Below, piece after piece: positions 11,364 through 24,600 of a stretch of DNA of 64,000 nucleotides (the first letter of the stretch is position 1; each line of letters begins with the position of its first letter). Location: positions 28,830,001 through 28,894,000 of the forward strand of contig NC_042999.1 of NCBI RefSeq assembly GCF_006345805.1. Direction: 5' to 3'. Made by a program: the position numbers and the translations under genes. The stretch is from Octopus sinensis. Its lineage: Eukaryota. The notes beneath the pieces are model-generated. The model worked only from the letters and a program-made list of their open reading frames with translations. It was not told where the DNA came from and did not search any database.

Positions 11364-13865
11364 GTTGGCCCCAAAGTAGATTTACAGTTGTTCAAGACTA
11401 TGAACGAGTAGTACTAAGTGTTGGGATCTCTGCACTGATATTTAACAAATTAACAAAGAAATGTGAAAAGGGGAATCTCTCTAGCAACTGCTTCCTGGGG
11501 GGATTGGACCACAATTACCATACATAAGGCCATCAACAAGGAAGGTCTCGCCCTAGTAATGTCCCATACGGGTCCACTCTTGCATAGCCAACTGTTAACG
11601 AAAATATCTCACATACAAGAACAAGCCACCACACTAATGAGCAGTCCTGTCCGTGGCACAAGCGCTGCGGACAGGCATGGTTTACAAAGTACGGTATTGC
11701 AATACTCATACGTCATCGGTAGCATGGTTCAACTGTTCTGCGGCTACAAAAGGTATTATGTTTCATTCGATAACTATCGAGGTGAAATTAATGTTAGTTT
11801 CCCGTTAGGATTTTGAAACTGAGAAGAACTTGTGCAAAATCTCTCATGTACCTTGCGGATTTTCGTATCAACCATATTCTAAAGGAGAAACTATGATTGT
11901 TTTTATCTTGCATTTAACTTGACTTCCGTATACGCTACAGATATGTTAATACTTGTGATCTTGTTCGTATTAATTGCTTTTTCCGTATTAGGATTAGGGT
12001 TAGGGTTATGATATTATTTGTTTTTGCTCTGATATCATGAACAGATTTCTATTTTTAGAATATCCAGCTTCTTTCGATATTGTATGTTTGTCTGAAACAA
12101 TGATCAACCTGTCCCAATACGGTGTTCCATTCATGGTTAATGTTCTTAGACCGTTTTATAACAATTTAACTGTTTGATCAGTGAATATATATTTGTGGAT
12201 TCCTTCTAGTTCTAGTTTTGTTCTTGATTTTTATTTAGACCTACTTCTCATTTGACATAGTTGATTACACTAAATTTACATATGGGAGAAGGTTAAATGT
12301 GTCCTACTTACTAGTAAAGGAACAACTGCGTTGAGGAGCGATTTCTATGTTGTTAAAATATACATTGAGCTACATCTGCTACACTTGAATTTTCAAAAAA
12401 TGTAGATCATATGGAAAATCCTAAACAAATGCTAACTGTACATGCAGTGTAGCAAAACAACAGAATTTTCTGAAGATCTTACTGGTCTGCATCGTAAGTT
12501 TCAGTGATAAAACTGAAGCTTTTGAGATCTACCCATTAGCTTTCTTGTATATCCTCAGATTTTGCACAACACAAAAACAAGAAGGCGAATGACATTAAAT
12601 ATTATACTATATATTAGTTACTACCAATTTTATTAAAATTTTTGGACAGTTATTAATTGTAAAAATGTGATTAATCTTATCAATTTATATGGAATTAAGT
12701 TAAAATATATTTCCATATGCGAGTGTGTGTGCTTATGCATATCTACGTGTCTGCTCATATGTGTGTGTGTACTTGAAATTACGTGTTCAAATATGAAATT
12801 TACATTTATATTTTTCAGTAATTTTATATTCATAATTATTCATATAATTTATTCATTGTTACTAGTGTGTTTCAAAGACACCCCCCCACACCCACCCATA
12901 AATTTGTCGAAACACTTTTTAGTATTACTAGAAAAATCCATTTTCGTTATGTGTATATATGTACCTATGAGTATGGCCATATGTGAGTAGATATGTACTT
13001 ATGTATCTGCTCTTCCATTTGTATGTGTATATATATGAATACACACAGAGAGAAACAGTCACTCGCTCCTACGCAAATATACATTAATATATAAAAGAAG
13101 TTTGACATGAGAAGGTGGAATGAACATGTTTATTCCAGAATCGCTACAATTGTTTCTGCACATCGGTATTACTGGTATTAGATGAAAGTTACTCATACTA
13201 TACGCATTAATTATATCCAGCAATTGCTGTGCACCTGCACACACGCAGGTGAAAAAGGTGGAGAACACTGCTGGATCAAGTTTAATTTCCCTTTCTTTCA
13301 TTCCGTTACTCATTCTATTGTCAAAAAGTAACACGGAAATTCAAAGCGATACAAATGAGAAATAACACCATTGTTTAATTTTATGCAATTTCATAATATT
13401 ATTCAATACTACAAATGAGAAACCTTGCCATAGCGCAATATTATGCTATGATAACATTCTTAAAAAGCACTCTGAAATGGTTCCAGCATGTTTCTCCAGC
13501 ATCTTACCCTAGAATTAAAAGCTCATTTCTTGCATTTCAAAAAAAAAAAGACTTTTAACGTATAATATATTATATCAATATTTATTTACTAAAAAATATA
13601 TTAATGTATTTTGTTTGTCCTCACTAGCATGGTTATACTGCAGTTTAATTAAATATTTAATTTCACTTCTTTCATGCTCACCAATCTTTATGTATTATTT
13701 ATTTTTCCAATTACTTCACAATCATTTTTCCATTGACGTTCATTTCATTTCTATATACTTTATTTATATTAAACATTCTCTACCTCTTCCTGTATCTCCC
13801 TCTTTCTATGAATATATATATACATACATATATACATACACACATACACACACATATATATATAG

Positions 13866-14118
13866 TTAAAACCAAGGTAACATGGCTGTCCAGAAATATC
13901 GGAAGAAAACTACCGCTGATTAGCTCCAAGAGGACATCGCCTCTGGCTAGCTATGTGACACACGAACCTGTATCCATTATAAACTTCGAGCAGGGGAAGT
14001 CAACCGCTTCCCGTTGCTGATCAGGCATCTGCAGACTAGTTTAAGGGTATTTTCCCCGTATCAATACGGCCGAACCCAGCAGGCGTCACTACTAACCATC
14101 TGTTCGAAGTCTCTCCTT
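13866..14118. repeat. Unclassified ~250-bp higher-complexity element embedded between (TA)n tracts
   Basis: GC-richer island with sharp borders on (TA)n at both sides; internal hairpin AGCAGGGGAAG/CTTCCCGTTGCT at 13989-14018. Confidence 0.45.
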
Positions 14119-14150
14119 TATATATATATATATATTATATATATATATAT

Positions 14151-14204
<54 letters not shown>

Positions 14205-15125
14205 CTAAACGTATATATGTATATATGTATATATATTTAAATGTATATATGTATATATGTATATATATATGTATATATATATATGTATATATGTTATCTT
14301 ACCGTTTTACCAATATATATATACATATATTTATATAGTTTTCTTCTCGTTCCACCACATGAATACTTCTTGCACCTTGAGAGTTGAAATGATTTTTGAG
14401 TCCAGAAAAGCGTTTGAAAACAAGTTCACATATACTGTATCAATGATGCATTTCAATATTGCCTACATATCCGCTTTTTTTATTTTGAATCTGTAAGTGC
14501 AGGTTTATTCACATGCATTGCATTGAAACAGTTCAACCGGAAAGAAATTCCGCTAGGTATGCACTATTTACCCGCCTCGGATCGTTGGTACATTGGTTCC
14601 AGCGGGAGATATGCATATGTATGCGCATAATAAAATTAAAAATAAGAATAAGAACCTCTCGGGATGCTATTAACATTAATATTATTTTTACTAAATTTCC
14701 CTTACGTGTTAATGTGCTTCACTTCGTGAAGCTCACAATTTTTCCTATATATAAAACACAATACACACAAAAATACACACACAAACACGCACTCACACAT
14801 ACACATGCAGTCACGCGCGCACGCACGCACATATGCATCCATATATGCGTATATATAAATATATATGTATCTGTAAAATAATATGTGGCAATTAATCGAG
14901 TTTCGGATGTCGAGGCGGTAACCAGCTCCGGCATTTCGTCAGTCATTAAGACATGAGAAAAACGCTGGGAAAATGACCGTTAAACAAAGGGAAATTACTA
15001 TGAAGTTGACCGTTATTAAGGCAAACAAAAGAGCTATTAGAATGAAGGTTAAGTAAAAGAAAAAAAACGGAAAAGGGGGACAGTAAAACCTGTTCATAGG
15101 ATTCACGTTATGCGCGCATGTACAT

Positions 15126-15337
15126 TTACTCTTTTACTCTGTTACTTGTTTCAGTCATTTCACTGTGACCATGCTGGAGCACCGCCTTTACTCAATCAAA
15201 TTGACCCCAGGACTTATTCTTTGTAAGCCCAGTACTTATTCTATCGGTCTGTTTTGCCGAACCGCTAAGTTACGGAGGCATAAACACGCCAGCATCGGTT
15301 GTCAAGCGATGTTGGGGGGACAAACCTGGACACACAA

Positions 15338-15395
<58 letters not shown>

Positions 15396-15554
15396 GTATA
15401 CGATAGGCCCCTTTCAGTTTCCATCTACCAAATCCATTCACAAGGCATTGGTCGGCTCGGGACTACAGTAGAAGACACTTGCCCCAGGTGCCACCAAGTG
15501 GGACTGAACCCGGAACCATGTGGTTGGTAAGCAAGCTATTTACCACACAGCCAC
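15126..15554 (-). mobile_element. Full-length SINE family A inserted in the left arm of the fold-back element
   Basis: Complete reverse complement of the 44330-44745 copy, including head, (CA/TA)n centre and (AAAAGAGT)-like tail. Confidence 0.9.
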
Positions 15555-15811
15555 AATTATATTCATATACACGTCTAAAGATACGCATATGCATACATGC
15601 ACACCCTTACGCACACACCTCTGTGTATACATATATATGCCACCATACACATGTACACATATACGCACCCGCACACACGCACACAAACGCCCGTATATAT
15701 ACCCATGCGTACACAATTATGTTCATATACACGTCTATATACGCACATGCTCAAAAAGCAGGGTAGAAGTTAATAAACAGAAAAGCATGTAAAAATATAT
15801 AACGTGATAAC

Positions 15812-15888
<77 letters not shown>

Positions 15889-15912
15889 ATATATATTATA
15901 TATATATATAAT

Positions 15913-15958
<46 letters not shown>

Positions 15959-16918
15959 CATATGTAAAAATATATAAAGGAATAAAAATATTTAAAAAAA
16001 TGTATATATAAATATGTAAAAAATAAACGGCAGTGGAAAGTGCAGTTTTGTGATATAAAAAGATAGCTCGTCTGGAAAAACAGCTTAGACACTGCTACAC
16101 GTCTGAATTCAAGCAATGAACTTTTGGGGTCATGTTCATATATCGCTAAAGATAGAACCTCCTTTTTATATTGTGTCCACCTACAAGCATTTTATCTCTC
16201 TATTTTTGTTTATATATTTTTACATATTTTTACATACATTTTTATATATCTTTATTGCTTTATATATTTTTACATATTTTTTCTATATATCTCCTTCCAG
16301 GCTGCTTTTTGTGCATGTGCGTATATAGACGTGTGTATGAACATATTTGTCCGTGTTTGGGTATATATGCGTGCGTGTGTGAAGATGCTTATAGGTGGAC
16401 TTTTGTATGATGGCATATATATGTATACATATATGTGTGTGTGAGGTTGTACATGTATGTATTTCATGCGAGTGTGAGTGAGCATATGCATATATAGCAT
16501 ATGCGTATCTTTAGACATGTATATGAATATAATTGTGCGCGTATGGGCTTATATAAGTGTGTGTGTGTGTGCGTGTCTGTGTATATGTATACGCGTATAT
16601 GTATATAGTTGCATATATATGTATACATATAGGAGTGTGTGTTGTGGGGTGTCCATGTATGTGACTCACGCGAGTGTGATTGAGCATCTTATATATGCAC
16701 ATGTATGTGGGTGTGCGTGCACGCCTGTGTATGTATGTATATATGTATGTATGCACATGCTCGCAAACGCGAATCCTATGAGCAGTTTTTACTTTGACCC
16801 CTCTCCAGGTTTTTCCCTTTACTTAACGGTCATTTTAATAGCTCTTTTCTTTGTCTTAATAACGATCAACTTCATAGTAATTTCCACTTGTTTAACGGTC
16901 ATGTTCTTAGCATTGTCT

Positions 16919-16981
16919 TAATAACTGACGAGGTGCTGTAGCAGATTTCAGCCCCGACATCCGAAACTCGGAGTTTTATTA
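16919..16981 (+). ncRNA. Type I hammerhead ribozyme-like motif
   Basis: Stem I TAATAA/TTATTA, core CTGACGA (16925-16931), stem II GGTG/CATC, extra C, GAAA (16963-16966), stem III ACTC-G-GAGT, GUU cleavage triplet. Confidence 0.65.
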
Positions 16982-17069
16982 TGGCAACCGAATAATTGTC
17001 ACATTATATTACAGATAAATTCCACTATTTACATAATATCGAGGTCTCATTCATTCTTTTTTCTCATAC

Positions 17070-17137
<68 letters not shown>

Positions 17138-17459
17138 GTGTGTGTGTGTGTATGGATGTATATATATTATGTAACTATATATATTCCTGTGAATTATGCA
17201 GTCCAATTCTCTCGTTCTTCAGGCGTCATTTGTTCAGCTTCGAGGAATAAATTTTCACACAAGCAAGGAATTCGTTGTCTACGCAAATATGTTTTCTATG
17301 TGATGTGATACTACTTATAATTGTAGAATATCTCAGTTGGAAAATACTATCAATTCCGAACTCAACATATCTTTTCCAATATTCTTACAGATTATCCAGG
17401 TGCGATAACGAAAAGTGCCAGATGGCCGCTATATTTGTATAATATCATATATACATGTA

Positions 17460-17467
17460 TGTGTATG

Positions 17468-17499
<32 letters not shown>

Positions 17500-17564
17500 T
17501 GTATGTATGTATGTATGTATGTATGTATGTATGTATGTATCTATCTATCTATCTATCTATCTAA

Positions 17565-17600
<36 letters not shown>
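17460..17600. repeat. Compound (ATGT)n-(ATCT)n microsatellite
   Basis: Directly visible. Confidence 0.95.
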
Positions 17601-18639
17601 ATATGTATATCACAAATGTGTACGTACATAAGTATGTGTGTGTTTTTGTGTCAGTGTGTGTGTGCGCGCTTGCATGCGTGTATGTATATTCACAATGCCG
17701 CAAACGGATGCTATTTTTCCTTGTTTTAGTTTTCATTTCACAATCTGCTCATTCTTCATGCGGATCTCGCTTCTTTCTCGAAATCAGTTGTTCATTTTTA
17801 ATATTTTATTGAAATGGTGAGACTTCCGTGGAGTAATGACTTACAGAATAGCTGATTAGCTACGGCACCATCCTTGATTACCGATTGCATATCGCAAAAT
17901 TTTGTACACGTGGTTTACTGGAAAACTCCAACTATTCTGTGCGCGTTTCATATTTGTGTAATATAGTAAATATATTGCTCACTGTCAATGATATTAAGGT
18001 ATACATTTTTAATCGTTACACTCATTTACACAAAAACAAGCACACGTATACACACGCGCATACAAGCACATAATACACGGAGATACATTTATGCTTGCAC
18101 TCGTGCATACAATAATGTAAGAAATGTAAGTATATATAAATATGCAAATCTTAATTTAGATAGAACTTGACTAGAATAGATATATATATTTTTAAGAAAA
18201 ATTCTCGGTCGACAATTACTTCCATCTTTTAATGTTCATACCAGTGAGGCAAATAAGGGAGCTGCATTATGTTTTTTAAATTAAAGGACGCCAAATGAAT
18301 AGGGTGCTAAATGAAACAGCAGACAATCATTTGAAATAGAACTATTGAAATTAGAATTCAGTGGTAGTAGATGTATGCTTTCATGGGTATGCATAAACTG
18401 TAATTTTTTAAAGATTGTACAAGGGTATCTGTGAATATAGCGTAATGAAATATTTTTAGAGTTAATTTGATATTCACAATTGGTATCAGGGCTGCTTCAG
18501 GGTAGAAATGCTACTTCTTAAAAAATATCATTGTTATACTGTAATTAATTTTTCTTCAAGTTTTCTTTTTCTTACCCTGAACTTCTGCCTTGTCTCTCCT
18601 TTTTCTTTTCTTTATTCATTTATTTCTAAAAAAAAAAAT

Positions 18640-19000
18640 CTTCCATTTTCTTTTTCTCCCGTACATTTGTAAGCTTCAGATACGTACACACATCTCTTTC
18701 ACGTTTCATTCACCTCTTCAACGAGCCTCATCAATTTCCTCCTCTCGCTGGTTACAACAGACCTTGCTTGTACACCACTATTGTAATTATTCTACCTTCA
18801 TTTATTATCATATTCTTCATTCATGTGATTTATTTCCCTTTAAACCGCCCTTCTAAAATACCTTCAGTCTGTGTAATAAACCCCTCCTAACCATCCATAC
18901 AATTCTTAAACATCCTTCATGAATCTCTGGGCTGTTTTAAACTTACTCTCGCACTCGATCTCATTTCCACCAATCACCCAACTCCTTCAAATTATATTTA
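18640..19000 (-). mobile_element. Possible old RTE-type LINE C-terminal remnant
   Basis: Minus strand gives WLGGV...ILEGRFKGK across a frameshift, resembling the W.GH....ILEG...G.R motif; heavily decayed. Confidence 0.3.
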
Positions 19001-19150
19001 CACACACATCATACATTTAGATACTGAACAACTAATATATCATATTTCTGCTTACCCATGACAATATACGTCCGCAATTTCAAACCTTTCGACACCTGCA
19101 CGCATATTCAAAACCTTAAGAATGAGAACCCAGGTTCGAAATTTCCACAA

Positions 19151-19196
19151 GACATCTGACGACGGCTGAAGTGTATATCAGCCGAAATGTTATGTT
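19151..19196 (+). ncRNA. Minimal type I hammerhead ribozyme motif (PLE pseudo-LTR type)
   Basis: Stem I GACAT/ATGTT, CTGACGA (19156-19162), C, stem II GGCTGA/TCAGCC around an 8-nt loop, GAAA (19184-19187), near-palindromic stem III AATGTT, GUU triplet. Confidence 0.7.
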
Positions 19197-20104
19197 AACA
19201 ACAAACAAAATGAGGACAAATATCCGTCAAATGTAAATAATGTTCGTGAATTGCTTTTACTCCAATTTCTCGCAAATTTAAATATTATTACATTCTCTGC
19301 GGAGTATTCCATTCTCATTTGCAAAGTCTCTCACTTTCTCTTTTAAGTTTTCATTTGGTATTAGGAAAACCTACAGTTCATTCTATTAATGTATACGTAA
19401 TATATTATTATTCTATTAATGTATACGTAATTTATTATTTATTGAATGAAATAGCCGTATAAATTTTGAACGCGGAATAACTATAAGAAGAGCCTAAAAC
19501 GTTGGGTAATTACTATCAGAAGATGAGGAGCTGCAAAGGTCACCGACAAGTGCTCGAAACTTGCAACTTATTCGCAGTTTCCAAGCACTCTGTACCACTA
19601 AGCCAATATCAACAGAAACAAATTGCACGAGCAGCTTCAACAGTTACACACGCGCACAATCATAAATACACAAACACACAAATGAAAGGTAATGAATGTG
19701 TGTACGTGCGTGTATGTCTGTGTGTTTGTGTGTGGCGTGTGTGTGTGTGTGTTTCCTGTTCACGGCAAAAAGTTCGTGATGCATTACTTTTACAAAGATT
19801 TTTTTTTCTGTGAACAGGTCACGGCTTCAGAGCGAAGAAAATATTTCAATACAAATGAAATTTTAATGTTGAAGTGAAACTCTTACTACTTAGATAAAGA
19901 TGTCCCTTAACGGTATTACTAAAATACAGAAGTACAACTTAAATAGAGGTGTTAGGTACAATAAATTTTAAATGTATGCTGTGCGGACGTGTAATGATAT
20001 CTTAACCCTATATAACCCTAAAACTAGCCCTTACTTTAACCCTAAAAAAACTAACACTAACACTAACCCTCCCCTTGAAATCGTTACGTGTATGCATCTG
20101 TATT

Positions 20105-20520
20105 TAAGTATGAATAAAGGCTGAAGACGTTCGACTTTTATTCTCTAGAAAAATGACGACGCCGTGGTGATCTCATTCTTGCTCACAACATCATAAGCGG
20201 AAAGTGTAACCTCTCGAAAGAGCTGTTCTTCACTCCTGCTCCAGGGCGTCGGCTGCGGGGTCACTCCAAAAAGCTCTATCTGCGACGATTTGATCTCAAT
20301 CGAAGGAGAGAGGCTTTCTTCGTCCGGGTTGCGGATCCGTGGAATAAGCTGCCGGACGAGATAGTGAAGATGCCGAGGACCGCTCGGTTCAAAGTCTCTC
20401 TTGACCAGAAATGGCCTGAACTCTTTGCATCAACACCACCCTGTACTTATCTCCATGTCCCCCTACATGGCCCTGCTTTTCGCTTTTGGAGCCAGAAAAT
20501 TAACTTAACTTTAACTTAAG
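20105..20520 (+). mobile_element. CR1/L2-type LINE 3' end
   Basis: YE*RLKTFDFYSLEK*RRRGDLILAHNII...LRGHSKKL...FFVRVADPWNKLPDEIV...FKVSLD, then a 3' UTR and (TTAAC)n-like tail. Confidence 0.85.
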
Positions 20521-21610
20521 TAGTGCCATGAAACTACGGTTTCTGTGTGTTCTTAAATGGCTTACAAACAGCTACGCTGTAATTGTTTTTGCTTCAGTAA
20601 ACAACCCCAGATCATGTCACTCCGCAATTATTATTGTTTTTTAATTTGCTAGCAAATATGCTAGCAATGACATCCTCAGTCTCTCCAACATTCTACTTTT
20701 TAAACAGAAAAAATCGGGGGCAATGATATGGGTTGCAGAAAATTCATAATTTCTTAAATTTTCTTTTTTATTGCATATAAATGTGTTTATGGGGGAAAAT
20801 ATTGAAAGACATCAATACATGCGAGAGTGATTAAGAAACGAGGAGGGTTGCCTTTGGATATGCTACAAACAAAAGCCAAATCGCCCTTGAATCACCCATT
20901 TTTTCCTCTGAAAATTTTAACAATTCAAAACCAAATACTGAACATATTCTTCCCACGGTTTTGAAGTGCAAAAAATTAGCTCAATAAGTTCGGAGTTGGA
21001 TGATGAGGGAGGGGGTGTAAAACAAAGAGTTTACAAAACTTTTTCGTACAATAATCCCCCAAACCCTTCATTTCGTGGAAAATCCCTTAAAACCTTTCCC
21101 TACAAATTTTTTTAAAATTGTAATCTATGCCGTTTGAAAGAGCATTAATAGATACCCGCCTTCCTGAAAATTATGAGGGAAAAATTCAGATCGTAGGAAT
21201 TTTTCAAAACTCCTCTCTCTACCGCTCGGAAAAAAACTCTTTCTCATAAACCCCTATATACTTTGAAGTCACAGCACATAAATAGCATTTGTAGAAAAGG
21301 TATCCATTTTTCTGGATGTCATGGGGCGTATACATCTGTAGTAATGCTCTGTTATTTATACGATTTTTTTCCTTTCATATTTATTTCATTCATTGTTTGC
21401 AATGTTCTCTCTCGTGATGTTTGTTTTAAAAAAGAGAGATTATGACTGTGATAAAATAATGAAAGCAATACTTATTAAATAAATGAGCACTATTATATAT
21501 AGAAATATTTAAACGTACATTATAAAAATTATTAGAATTGGGAATCAGATGTGAAAATATTATTAAGGGGCTAGCAGAAAACTGCCCGAAGTGCGGTCTT
21601 CCTGCCAGTG

Positions 21611-21689
<79 letters not shown>

Positions 21690-24600
21690 GTATACGTCAT
21701 ATATTTGCATTACTTTTGACACTTTCTGTTGTAATCATTTGCAGACTTACGTATTCAATTAATTCCGCTAAATATCAACAGATGTAAATTAACAGTATTT
21801 GCGATTTAAGATTCAGCTTTGTTTTTCGAAGAATTCTAAGTGCTTCTTTTATGCGATCCTCCTCAGAATTCGATGATGCTATTTGTTAAGACGTGTTACC
21901 TACAAAGAACAAACTTTCCATCACGCATTAAATCTAAAATACTCCGCATTCAATTCTTTGTAGAATCCTCTGAAACAAATACTCTCCGAATCTCTATAAT
22001 TTGAGTGAAGTAGTGACGTTCTCTGCCAGAAAATATCCTTCGTATATAATGAAAGCAATGGAATGTAGATTATGATATGAAGATGCAGAGAAAATTAAGT
22101 AGTTGTCTAAAATATATTGTCACAATTCACATTCTATCAATTGTGAATAAGGGTTTCAGATAGTTTCTTAGGATATTACAAGTTCTGCCTTAAGCATGAG
22201 ATATACTCCATTGTTTAAAGATTTGAAAATTATTGTTCTCAAATTTTTAACTTGTTCTCAAATTTTAACTTTAATAAGGACGAACACTAGCTTTTGCATT
22301 ACTGAATTGTAGGAGGTAATCATATGGCATTGCTAAAATCATTATGATTTTTTTTTTCACTCTCACGTGTAATATAAAGGAATATTATTCATTTAAATTT
22401 CATGAACAGCTGTTTGTTATATCATTTAATTTTCAATGCTGATATTTACCTTGCTATAAAGACACGCACACACACTCACGCAATTACACAAACACATACA
22501 CACACATGTATATGTTTATATTTACACACACATGTATATGTTTATATTTACACACACGTGTATATGTTTATATTTACACACACGCACACAAACATTTCTG
22601 CATTGAAGGTGAGAGCTAGTTAAGTGATCATATATTATCTGAATTGCTAAAAAAAACTTTAAGAGTTCTTTCAGATTTTAGAGGGACATCGGTATTCGGG
22701 TATTTCATTTAATTTTCGAATCAATAACTGAGAGAAAATACGTTCCCGGACAGCGAAATTCTATCTTAATATTTTGTGCATGTCACATAGGAGTAAACCC
22801 AATATGTTTTGTTTGGAGAAGGGTTAGAGAATGGGTCAAAATCGTCTCCATAGATTTGGCACAAAGCTTCCAAGCACCAAGAATTAGTATCTGCTCAAGT
22901 AATGCTAAAATAGCAACGAGGGAAGAAACAGTGGATATATTTGTAATAAGTAAATATTATGCCCTTGGGCTGTTGAAGGAGATCCGAACTATTAATCCCT
23001 GTTATTCGACTCAGCTCTGGATTCTTGAGTGGAGTGCCTAGCGCATGCTCCTTTGTCGTTCAAACATTGAGTGAAATTGAAACCCGATTTTGTCAAGTTA
23101 ATGTATTTGAATATATTGATTCAATTTGGAAGGATATGATGTGTGAAAGGAAAGAAATTTAGTTGCTTTCAAAGTTTTCCCTGTTATTTCACGCAACTTG
23201 GGTTATGGTGTTTTGCGTTTCGTGAGTAGTCAGGTGGATTTCAAATATTTTATTGTATGCACTACGTTGCCGAGGCAACTATTTCAGAAAGTACTTCTAT
23301 TTCCTCAAATGACGCTTTGGTTCTAGTATAGTTTTTACCACTCTGCAATTCTACTGAAAACAGATCTTCTTTATATTTTGATATATAAATTTCGCCTGAT
23401 TTTTTTATGTTGCGCACAATGCAGTAAACATGAAATGCATTCCACTGGTGGTCATCCTGTGTTTTATTTGATATCCATTGTTATAGTCACAAATATTTTT
23501 ATGGTGTTCTCTATTTGGAAGATCTCAAGAAATTACGTAAATTATTTTATTAGCTCATGCTCTAATCAGTTTATCCCAAGGATATACTGAATGTGTAATT
23601 AAACTAAACAAATGTAGCAGAACGAAGAGTCTCATTGTTTTAAGATAAATACTTATGGTACTTTATAATCTAAATTAACTAACACCGAAACTAGCGAATT
23701 TATGCAAACTAATTTTATTGTCCTAGCGAACAAATATAACAACAATGTTTATGCAAATCATTGCATGTAAGTATCAGTTATTAAAGATAAACTTTATTCT
23801 TATTTCACCACATTCATAAAGTATTATACGCCATGTGGTATATCTGGAGATTTCCTTGTGTATAATTAATCAAGCTTTATGTAAAACACGAGACGTAAGG
23901 AAACATGTAACTTCACTTCTTAAACTACTTTACATTTCCTATGACGTGCAGCAACATCATTAATCACGTTGACATTTCCGTTTCCAGAAGATTGGAAATG
24001 ATGACTGCAGCTTATGCTAATCTCGGTGTCTTAAAATTGGTTGCAGTAACATCGAAATATCTAAACCCTATTTAAACTTAGCTAATATTACGTAACTCAA
24101 AGCACTTCTTATTGAAATTAAATTCAACAAATTATAGAGAAATATTCATTTCAATGGAAATTGCCTTCTTCGTATATAAAGTGGGCACGAGACACCTATG
24201 TAGTCCTGAACCATCATGCAATGATGGTTCAGATCTATACATTTTATGATTATTTCCAACAGAGATACTATAGTGAAGTAATTACCTTCAGAGTCCTTCC
24301 AAATCGAAATCGCATATAGTTTACAGAATGGTTACATAAGGATTATTATTTCATGACGGGTTTATACAAAAGGACAAATTCTAATTTGATGTGTATTGCC
24401 TGTTTTCAGGTCTGACATTTCCGTATATGTTTCAATTACACTAGATACTGAGAATATAGTAACAGCTTATATCGGTAAAATTACGAATTATCGTGTTCCC
24501 GCAATAAGACTATCTAAGATAATTTCTACAATACATGCTTAATATGGTTCACGAAGAAACTAATTTACGAATCCATCCATGTGCCACTTACAAATTTGTC

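Larger units (their letters stand above)
14869..17075. mobile_element. Large fold-back element (family P): inverted arms with hammerhead-like motifs plus one-sided tail
   Basis: 14869-~15120 is the imperfect reverse complement of ~16755-17016, and 15553-~15800 of ~16260-16540. The left end ATCTGTAAAATAATATGTG is identical to 57211; tail 17017-17075 is homologous to 57415-57482. Confidence 0.8.

Noticed and set aside
11463-11816. ORF containing TITIHKA, reminiscent of a PIF1/Helitron helicase motif
   Set aside because: The motif lacks the following QG and no other helicase motifs are present; chance similarity cannot be excluded.
19517-19570. CAGAAGA-T-GAG...CTC-GAAAC hammerhead-like string
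   Set aside because: Core mutated at U4, stem III and stem I not convincingly paired; at best a decayed relic.
20005-20070. TAACCC-like telomeric repeats (also TTAGGG x2 near 11994)
   Set aside because: Too short and degenerate to call an interstitial telomere.
20121-20135. CTGAAGACGTTCGA as a hammerhead core
   Set aside because: It is coding sequence (RLKTFD) of the CR1-like remnant.
20640-21260. Possible unclassified interspersed repeat or MITE
   Set aside because: Looks repeat-like, but there is no TIR, TSD, second copy or coding motif in this window to support a call.
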